Positions 54,372-61,712 of a stretch of 64,000 bases of DNA are shown here, in pieces. How positions within the stretch are numbered: the first letter of the stretch is position 1; each line of letters starts with the position of its first letter. The stretch comes from Bacteroidota bacterium (GTDB lineage: Bacteria; Bacteroidota; Ignavibacteria; Kryptoniales; JAKASW01), in assembly GCA_021794075.1 (NCBI GenBank), contig JAJYRM010000004.1:8838-72837 (forward strand). Reading direction: 5' to 3'. Below the pieces are notes generated by a model. It did no database searches and had not been told where the DNA came from. It saw only the letters and a list, made by a program, of their open reading frames with translations. The translations under genes and the position numbers were made by a program.

Positions 54372-56239
54372 TAATGACGCTAGCCGCGTCGAGTGCCCTG
54401 GCACAATCGCCGCACGGTAGCCAACTGAAGATAGACTGCTCGTCTTGCCACGTACCAACTTCTTGGAAGATCGATTTGAGCAAGATGACGTTCAATCACA
54501 ACACAGAGACTTCATTCAAGCTCACCGGGCAGCATGCGTCCCTCCAGTGCGTCGATTGCCATAAGAGCCTCGTTTTCTCAAACGCGAAACCGAGCTGCAA
54601 CTCCTGCCATCGGGATGTGCACCAGGGAAGCCTCGGACCTAACTGCGCAAGTTGCCATAACACCAAGTCGTGGCTCATAGTAAACGTGGCGCTGATCCAC
54701 GAGCGGTCAAGGTTCCCGCTCGTCGGCGCTCACCAGAACGTCGACTGCGCCAGCTGTCACTCCGGTTATTCTCGGCTGTACTTCCCTCCCATTACTGTGG
54801 CATGCATAACCTGCCACTCGACGCAATATTACGCGACCACGTCGCCTAACCATGTTCAGGCGGGATTCTCGACTCAATGCCAGGACTGCCACAACGTGGT
54901 CGATGTCAGCTGGGGCCCGACAAATTTCAATCATGACTTCTTCCCTCTTGTTGCAGGTCATGCTATCTCGAACTGTTTCGCGTGTCATAGACAGGGCACA
55001 ACCAATTTCGGCGGCCTCTCGACAAGCTGTTACAGCTGCCACAAGGCTGATTACATGAACGTCTCCTTCCCCAATCACGTGGCGGGTAATTTCTCGACGA
55101 ACTGTCAAACATGTCACACGATAAACGGATGGGCCCAGGCCTCTTTTGATCACTCCACTACCGGCTTCCCGTTGACAGGCGCGCATGTATCATTGCAATG
55201 CGCTTCCTGTCATAAGAATGGAGTGGAAAAGCTGAGCACGAATTGCTATTCGTGCCATAGCAACGATTTCGCTTCAACGACAGACCCGAGCCATACTAAG
55301 CTCGGGTTCCCAACAAACTGCGCCCAATGCCATAACACCACAGATTGGACGAATGCCACGTTCGACCACAACACCACGGGTTTCCCGCTTACGGGCGCTC
55401 ACGCGTCTGTTCAGTGCGCCCAATGCCACACCAACGGCTACCAGACTCCGCCACCGACTAACTGTTACTCGTGCCATAGCAAGGATTTCAATAACACAAC
55501 AGATCCGAATCACGTCCAGCAGGGCTTTCCGACAAATTGTGCCCAGTGCCATAATACAACCGACTGGACGAATGTCACATTTGACCATAACACGACAGGC
55601 TTCCCGTTGACGGGCGCGCATGCAACGGTGGCTTGCGCCCAATGCCATACGAACGGCTACCAGACTCCGCCGCCGACGGACTGCTATTCGTGTCACAGCA
55701 CCGATTACAACAACACCACGGACCCGAATCATGCGCAGCTCGGGTTCCCGCACAATTGCGCTCAGTGCCATAGCACAACCAATTGGGATAACGCGACCTT
55801 TGACCATAGCACGACTGGTTTCCCGCTGACAGGCGCACACACCACTGTCGCGTGCGCTCAGTGCCACACGAACGGCTACACGACTCCGCCACCGACGGAT
55901 TGCTATTCCTGTCACACAAAGGATTACAACAGCACAACTGACCCCAATCACATACAGATGGGATATCCGACCGACTGCACGCAATGTCACACCACTTCGA
56001 GCTGGGACAACGCAAACTTCGACCACACAGCATTCCCGATCACATCGGGGAATCACGCTTCGCCGCCTCTGACCTGTTCTCAGTGCCACACGACATCATC
56101 GAATTTCGCGATCTTCTCATGCACTACAAGCGGATGCCACACTCAATCGGAGACCGATCCTCATCATACCGGCGTAAGCGGCTATGTCTACAGCCCGACA
56201 TCGTGCTACTCCTGCCACCCCACTGGGAAAGGAGATTAA
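54347..56239 (+). CDS. Multiheme cytochrome c, 24 CxxCH + 1 CxxxxCH, with tandem triheme modules
   Basis: 630 aa. Signal peptide (MRRLSLVLIMTLAASSALAQ). 24 CxxCH plus CTTSGCH. Start overlaps the upstream stop by 25 nt. Confidence 0.9.
   Translation: MRRLSLVLIMTLAASSALAQSPHGSQLKIDCSSCHVPTSWKIDLSKMTFNHNTETSFKLTGQHASLQCVDCHKSLVFSNAKPSCNSCHRDVHQGSLGPNCASCHNTKSWLIVNVALIHERSRFPLVGAHQNVDCASCHSGYSRLYFPPITVACITCHSTQYYATTSPNHVQAGFSTQCQDCHNVVDVSWGPTNFNHDFFPLVAGHAISNCFACHRQGTTNFGGLSTSCYSCHKADYMNVSFPNHVAGNFSTNCQTCHTINGWAQASFDHSTTGFPLTGAHVSLQCASCHKNGVEKLSTNCYSCHSNDFASTTDPSHTKLGFPTNCAQCHNTTDWTNATFDHNTTGFPLTGAHASVQCAQCHTNGYQTPPPTNCYSCHSKDFNNTTDPNHVQQGFPTNCAQCHNTTDWTNVTFDHNTTGFPLTGAHATVACAQCHTNGYQTPPPTDCYSCHSTDYNNTTDPNHAQLGFPHNCAQCHSTTNWDNATFDHSTTGFPLTGAHTTVACAQCHTNGYTTPPPTDCYSCHTKDYNSTTDPNHIQMGYPTDCTQCHTTSSWDNANFDHTAFPITSGNHASPPLTCSQCHTTSSNFAIFSCTTSGCHTQSETDPHHTGVSGYVYSPTSCYSCHPTGKGD
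55022..56095 (+). repeat. Tandem coding repeats, period 219 nt (73 aa, 3 hemes each), about 4.9 copies
   Basis: Units start at residues 226, 298, 371, 444 and 517: T(N/D)CYSCH..D(F/Y)..TTDP.H.Q.GFP..C.QCH.TT.W.N.TFDH.TTGFPLTGAH..V.CAQCHTNGY.TPPP. Confidence 0.85.
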
Positions 56240-56242
56240 TCG

Positions 56243-57892
56243 GTGAACCGTAAAGCCTCGAATATGATCGCGTTCATTTTCCTTTCGCTTGTGGCGACAC
56301 TATGTACGAAAGCCGCGGTCCGAAAACGCGAGCTTGAGAAAAAGAGCGGTTCAATTATCTACATAACCCCCTTGAATATATATGTCAGTTTCAACGACAC
56401 GAAAGGCATAAAAGCTGGCGACACTCTTTTTATCGAACGTCTCGGGATAGCGACTCCCGCCATTACCGTGAAATACGAATCGTCTTCATCCGTGGCAGGA
56501 CCGGTTATCGGAAAACCGTCCTTGAGAGTGGGAGAGAGAGTCTTCGCCATGGTAATTCAGACCGCGAGACCGAGCAGACAAACTCCCGTCGCCGGACATG
56601 AGGTCGACACATTGCTTGCAAAGGAGTCTACACAAAGCACTCCGATAACGGTTACTACCACGACCGATTCGACGACTGTCATACCGGGCGTTTACGGCGC
56701 GTTTACCGCCAACTCTCTTTCGAATTTCTCGAACTACCCTGGCGCCTCCGGAATAGAACGATGGAACTACAATTTCAGTCTTAATGCCGACCGGATATAT
56801 GGATCCCGTTTTTCATTTTCGAATTACATGTACTTGAGCTATCTCGGAACTCAATGGAAGCAAGTCATGGCAAGCCCGTTCACGCAACTCCGCGTCTACA
56901 ACATGGCGCTGTCGTTCAAAACACGCGACGTCAAGCTTTGGGCGGGACGTTACGTGAACAACGACATATCAGGCGTCGGCCCGATCGATGGACTGCAAGC
57001 CGAAGAACGATTCGGGAACTTGACCGCCGGAGAAATTGCAGGCTCGCGACCAGGTTTCTATTCTCTTGGGTACAGGCCTAACCTGATCCAGTTTGGCGGA
57101 TTCATTTCCGACTCGGATACGATGGGCGCCGGTCTAATGAGAAATACATTATGCGTCCTCCAGGAGAATGATGGCTCAAACACAGACCGGCGCTTCATCT
57201 ATTTTCAGCATACCAGCAACCCGATAACAAACGTCGACATATACGCGTCAGGCGAAATAGATATCTTCAAACTCCATGATGGAAGACCTATGAACGACTT
57301 CTCGCTTACCAATCTCTATTTTTCGGCCGCGTATTTTCCCTTAAACCTTATTTCGCTGAACCTTTCGTACGACGCACAGCGGAACGTAATATATTATCAG
57401 AGTTTCGGTCCGACGATCGACAGTCTCCTTGAAAGCGAGAATCAGCTTAGAAATGACTTGCGGTTTGAGACGGACTTGCGGCCGTTTACCAACACCTTTA
57501 TCGCCTTCGGAGGAGGGTACAGCTTCCAGCAGGGAGACATAAGTCCTACCAGAGATGCCAATATTTCACTCACCGAATCGGGCATACCGCTTCTCGAGAT
57601 ATCGACAACGCTCTCTTACAGCCGGATCATTAGCGATTACCTTGACGGAACAGTATTCGGCGTGACAGTATCCAAATATATACCGATAAACTCGACCGAC
57701 ATAACCGTCGAGTATTCCAAGCTCAACTACGCTTTCGATAACGGTGCATTGACCATGATTCAAACACAACCCAGCGCCCAGATTACGACTAGGCTGATCG
57801 GGAATATTTTTCTGAATCTTTACTATCAGGGTACATATAGCGGTCCAAATAGTTACGGAATGTTTATGGGAGGTGTCACCGAGCGTTTCTGA
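56243..57892 (+). CDS. Putative outer-membrane beta-barrel (porin-like partner of the cytochromes)
   Basis: 549 aa. GTG start 7 nt after AAGGAG. Signal-like N-terminus. Long alternating-strand region rich in Y/G/N/S. C-terminal ..GGVTERF (terminal Phe OMP signature). Confidence 0.65.
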   Translation: MNRKASNMIAFIFLSLVATLCTKAAVRKRELEKKSGSIIYITPLNIYVSFNDTKGIKAGDTLFIERLGIATPAITVKYESSSSVAGPVIGKPSLRVGERVFAMVIQTARPSRQTPVAGHEVDTLLAKESTQSTPITVTTTTDSTTVIPGVYGAFTANSLSNFSNYPGASGIERWNYNFSLNADRIYGSRFSFSNYMYLSYLGTQWKQVMASPFTQLRVYNMALSFKTRDVKLWAGRYVNNDISGVGPIDGLQAEERFGNLTAGEIAGSRPGFYSLGYRPNLIQFGGFISDSDTMGAGLMRNTLCVLQENDGSNTDRRFIYFQHTSNPITNVDIYASGEIDIFKLHDGRPMNDFSLTNLYFSAAYFPLNLISLNLSYDAQRNVIYYQSFGPTIDSLLESENQLRNDLRFETDLRPFTNTFIAFGGGYSFQQGDISPTRDANISLTESGIPLLEISTTLSYSRIISDYLDGTVFGVTVSKYIPINSTDITVEYSKLNYAFDNGALTMIQTQPSAQITTRLIGNIFLNLYYQGTYSGPNSYGMFMGGVTERF

Positions 57893-57961
57893 TGAATGCC
57901 GCGACGGCTGGAAAAGTCTGCGAATATAGCGCGGCTGACATATTGAACAAAGACAACAAAC

Positions 57962-58369
57962 ATGGAGGAAAGGAAAATGAGCTCGAAACAAAAATACATC
58001 GCGGTGGGAATCACCGTTGCGCTGATCAGTCTGCTTGGCGCGGCCACGTTCATGCCGGTCGGCATTCCTCGTTTAACTGCAAGACCGGTTGAAACTTCAG
58101 CCAGGGTCATCGATGCGAAAGCATGCCCCGCTGGACAAACCTGCCCATACGCCGAGTGCCCATACCTCGCGCATCTTCATCAGATGGACGCGACGAATGG
58201 TTCGGCAAGCAACGGGGCTTCCGGAGTGTGCCCTTACGAATCACGCACACAAAGGGCAACAGCGCAGGAGCCGACGGCCCGGAAAGACATCATAGCCGTG
58301 AAGACCACCGCGCCTAAATACAACCAGAAGTACAAAATCAAGAACGTCGCGCTTCTGGAGAGCAAGTAA
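57962..58369 (+). CDS. Small membrane-anchored Cys-containing protein, unknown function
   Basis: 135 aa. TM (YIAVGITVALISLLGAATF), then CPAGQTCPYAECPY and a further CPY. Sits directly upstream of the CcmF-like gene. Confidence 0.45.
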   Translation: MEERKMSSKQKYIAVGITVALISLLGAATFMPVGIPRLTARPVETSARVIDAKACPAGQTCPYAECPYLAHLHQMDATNGSASNGASGVCPYESRTQRATAQEPTARKDIIAVKTTAPKYNQKYKIKNVALLESK

Positions 58370-58411
58370 AGCTCTCTTGCGCACGAGAACAATCGAGGGG
58401 AGGAGATTACT

Positions 58412-60802
58412 ATGATCGGCAGAGCCCTTGTCGTCGTCGCTTTCGGCGGAATGCTGACAGCGACTATCGCATACATGTACGGATTCTTCAAAGATGATGA
58501 TCGCGCCGTCAGGATAGCCAGAGGAGGATTCCACGTCGGCGCAGTCGCCGTCATTCTGACGGCCGGTTACTTCATGAACCTTATCCTGACTCACCAGTTC
58601 CAGTATACCTATGTATGGAGTTACAGTTCCTACGAACTTCACCCACCGCTGCTCATCTCCACATTTTACGTCGGACAGCAGGGGAGCTTCATGCTATGGA
58701 CCATGTATACAAGCATTATCGGACTGATACTGATGGTATACGCGCGGAAGCATAACTACGAAGCATCTGTAATGGGGATTTATTCCGCGATCGCCACCTT
58801 TCTTGTGCTTCTCGCAATCGTGAAGAGTCCGTTCGAGCATGTTTGGCAGACATGGCCGAAGGATGTTCACGCGGGCTTCATGCCCAACGACGGCAGAGGG
58901 CTCAATCCCCTTCTCGAGAATCTTTGGATAGTCATCCATCCGCCTATTCTGTTTCTTGGATTCGCTTCGACCGCGGTTCCGTTCGCGCATGCGTTTTCCG
59001 GAATGCTTAGAAAAGACTATGACAGGTGGACTAAGGTGGCAGTCCCATGGACTCTCTTCACCTGTGCGGTTCTCGGTTTCGGCATAACGCTTGGCGGTTT
59101 CTGGGCCTATGAAACGCTTGGCTGGGGAGGATTCTGGGGCTGGGATCCGGTAGAGAACTCGTCTTTCATTCCCTGGCTGTTCGCCGTCGCGTCGGTGCAC
59201 ACGCTCCTAGTTCAGCGACGCACCGGCGGTTTCAAACGCGCCAACATGGTGATGGGGATGCTCCCGTTCCTCCTTGTTCTCTACAGCACGTTTCTTACCC
59301 GAAGCGGCGTCCTCGGCGACACATCGGTCCATAGTTTCGAAAAGCCTGGTATGTGGGTCTATGTCTACCTCGTAATGCTGATCGCGTTCTTTGTAATTCT
59401 CGGGACTGCGTTGTTCCTGTTCCGCATAAAGGAAATTCCTCATGTAAAGATTCATTACTCGCTGACTTCAAGGGAGTTTGCCCTTTTCCTCGGCGCGGCT
59501 TCCCTTGTCGCGGTAGCGTGCTTCACCCTTATCGGTACCAGCGCGCCGCTCATAACCAACATTCTAAAGGGAAAACCGAGCGCCATAGATCCGAGCTATT
59601 ACATAAAGACAAACCTTCCCCTGGCTATCTTCATGGCCGCGATGATCGGACTGGGACAGCTCTTCTGGTGGAAGAAAACCAATTCACAAACACTCTCAAA
59701 AACGGCAAGTCTTCCGGCAGCAGCAGCTGCCTTGCTGACTGCGATAGTCATCCTTGCCGGCATGCGCAACATCTGGATGGTCCTTTTCTTCCTCGCCAGT
59801 GCGTTCGCACTCTTCGTCAACCTTCAGATCGCGTACAAGATCGCCCGCGGAAACCCGAAATTTCTCGGCGCGTCATTGGCACACATCGGGATAGCGGTAC
59901 TCTTTATCGGAATCATCGCCTCGACTCACTACGACAAACAGGTAGTGCTCACGCTCCCACGCGATGAGCCCGCCAACGCTTTCGGCTACAAGCTTACTTA
60001 TGTCGGCACTTCACAGCTAAGCCTCGGAAGGACGGCTTATAACGTCGTGGTGAGCGACGGATCGAGCAAATTCGTCGCGCCGCTCGTGATGTACTCGAGC
60101 ATGTATGAGGGGGGAGCTATCATTCGCAACCCGTACATCTTCAGCCTCGTGAACTACAAAGCTTTCACGCACCCCGCTCTTCTCGCATTCATCGGGCGCA
60201 ACATGCTGACTCGGGATTTGTATCTCTCGCCTCAGTCCGTCGAGGAAGAAGGCGTCCGAAAAGCAAATTCTCCGCGGATCTCCTCAAATGGGATTTTCGT
60301 ACCGCTTTCCATAAATGAACCGGTCACCGTTGGGAAATACACGTTCACGTTCGAAGGCTTCAATGTCGCGGAGGATCAGAAGGTTGCCATGATGAGTGGT
60401 GAAGCGTTCAAATTAAGTTCCATGATATTGCTCCGGCGAAAGGGCGGTCACGCCCCTCGGACGATAACTCTTACGAACAAAATTAACCCCGGCGGTCAGA
60501 ATCAGGCGGGCACCGTGGCGACTCCGTCGGGCGACCGATTCAAGGTGATGAAGATACACGTGAACAATAAAACCAACCAGACTGGTGTCCTGTTGGACTA
60601 TCTCCCGGCAAAGAATTCATCGGATGCGGCCATGATGGCAAAATCCTCAGGCTGGGAGGCACCGGGGAAACAGGTTTTGATTTTACAAGCGACAATCAAG
60701 CCGTTCATAAATCTTGTTTGGGGCGGGGTCATTATCATGGTCATCGGTTTTATCGTAACTTGGAGACGAAGGAGAGAAGATCTGGCCGTTCTCCGCAAAT
60801 GA
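58412..60802 (+). CDS. ccmF: CcmF/NrfE-family cytochrome c heme lyase (heme-handling WWD protein), long form
   Basis: 796 aa. N-terminus QFQYTYVWSYSS...FYVGQQGSFMLW. WWD motif WGGFWGWDPVENSSFIPWL. Many TM helices. GGAGGAG Shine-Dalgarno. Confidence 0.85.
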   Translation: MIGRALVVVAFGGMLTATIAYMYGFFKDDDRAVRIARGGFHVGAVAVILTAGYFMNLILTHQFQYTYVWSYSSYELHPPLLISTFYVGQQGSFMLWTMYTSIIGLILMVYARKHNYEASVMGIYSAIATFLVLLAIVKSPFEHVWQTWPKDVHAGFMPNDGRGLNPLLENLWIVIHPPILFLGFASTAVPFAHAFSGMLRKDYDRWTKVAVPWTLFTCAVLGFGITLGGFWAYETLGWGGFWGWDPVENSSFIPWLFAVASVHTLLVQRRTGGFKRANMVMGMLPFLLVLYSTFLTRSGVLGDTSVHSFEKPGMWVYVYLVMLIAFFVILGTALFLFRIKEIPHVKIHYSLTSREFALFLGAASLVAVACFTLIGTSAPLITNILKGKPSAIDPSYYIKTNLPLAIFMAAMIGLGQLFWWKKTNSQTLSKTASLPAAAAALLTAIVILAGMRNIWMVLFFLASAFALFVNLQIAYKIARGNPKFLGASLAHIGIAVLFIGIIASTHYDKQVVLTLPRDEPANAFGYKLTYVGTSQLSLGRTAYNVVVSDGSSKFVAPLVMYSSMYEGGAIIRNPYIFSLVNYKAFTHPALLAFIGRNMLTRDLYLSPQSVEEEGVRKANSPRISSNGIFVPLSINEPVTVGKYTFTFEGFNVAEDQKVAMMSGEAFKLSSMILLRRKGGHAPRTITLTNKINPGGQNQAGTVATPSGDRFKVMKIHVNNKTNQTGVLLDYLPAKNSSDAAMMAKSSGWEAPGKQVLILQATIKPFINLVWGGVIIMVIGFIVTWRRRREDLAVLRK

Positions 60803-60893
60803 AAGTGCGCCGGTAAATCAATCACTGGGAGCTGAATCTCTCTGAATGTTCTGGCAAGGATGATGCACTAGACACAAACAAAAGGAGAAAACA

Positions 60894-61478
60894 ATGAGAA
60901 GCAAAATGATAATCTTCTTATCAATTATCGCCGTATCGACGGCGACTGAAGTTAGCGCCCAAACCCTGAACGTGGCACAGCAGGGAGACAAGGCAGTGCT
61001 TTTCAATTTTGTCGGCTTAAGCGCCTTGAATTTGAACGCTTACCAGGGTGGAATCGGAGGAAAGTACTTCATCTCAAATGGTATGGCCCTCCGCGGTATG
61101 CTACTGTTCGGGTTGGATAACAGGACGACAAGCGGTACGCCGCAGTTCACAGACAACTCACTATCCATCGGTATCGCGGCCGGTCTCGAATATCACCTTC
61201 CGCTCGCATCGCAGGTCAGCCCGTATGTGGGAGGCCAACTTTCATTCCTGAACACCGCCGAAACCACCAACCCTGGAGCGAACAGGACGAGCTCAACTAC
61301 TTTCGGCCTGGGCGCAATCGGAGGAATCGAGTATTTCTTCAATAGCAATCTAAGTCTGAGCGCTGAATACCAGTTCGGAGTGACGAGCACACAGACCTCC
61401 GCCAGCGGCGCACCTGACCGAAGTGAGCTAAAACTTGGATTCCAAACCGCCGGATTGACAATGGCAGCCTACTTTTGA
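60894..61478 (+). CDS. Small outer-membrane beta-barrel protein (OmpW/OMP_b-brl-like)
   Basis: 194 aa. Signal peptide (..AVSTATEVSAQ). 8-10 amphipathic strands. C-terminal ..LTMAAYF. AAGGAG Shine-Dalgarno. Confidence 0.75.
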   Translation: MRSKMIIFLSIIAVSTATEVSAQTLNVAQQGDKAVLFNFVGLSALNLNAYQGGIGGKYFISNGMALRGMLLFGLDNRTTSGTPQFTDNSLSIGIAAGLEYHLPLASQVSPYVGGQLSFLNTAETTNPGANRTSSTTFGLGAIGGIEYFFNSNLSLSAEYQFGVTSTQTSASGAPDRSELKLGFQTAGLTMAAYF

Positions 61479-61578
61479 GTCACTCACGTCGCTGCGCGCG
61501 ACGAGTTCGCTCCAAAGAGACATCACGGAGCAATTTGGGGAGAACAGTTTATTATCACAAGAAAGTGAAGTATTGTGC

Positions 61579-61603
61579 AAAAGAGCCGGCACTTTGCCGG
61601 CTC
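61579..61603 (-). terminator. Probable intrinsic terminator for the Ser/Thr kinase gene
   Basis: GAGCCGGC-acttt-GCCGGCTC (61583-61603). On the minus strand the hairpin is followed by TTTTG. It lies about 110 nt past the stop at 61713. Confidence 0.5.
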
Positions 61604-61712
61604 CCTCTCCCCTTTTCTTGATTGGGTACCGGGGAAGCGCTCTTCCCTCCATCTTCAGAGCCAGAAAAGTATCCCCTATGGCTGGGCGTAAGTATATATC
61701 TCCGATCGAACT

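Noticed and set aside
55274-56089. Long minus-strand and alternative-frame ORFs across the cytochrome repeat region (55274-56089, 55575-56033, 54707-55186, 53277-53831 and others).
   Set aside because: They are antisense or out of frame relative to genes with dense CxxCH motifs and signal peptides. Their translations are Arg/Cys/Val-rich low-complexity sequence typical of shadow ORFs in repetitive GC-rich coding DNA.
60852-60867. tGGCAAGgatgATGCA upstream of the small OMP gene. It has canonical sigma54 GG/GC spacing, with a real -12 GC.
   Set aside because: It is a single occurrence with two mismatches to the consensus and a different -12 spelling from the seven-member family. That is not enough to call.
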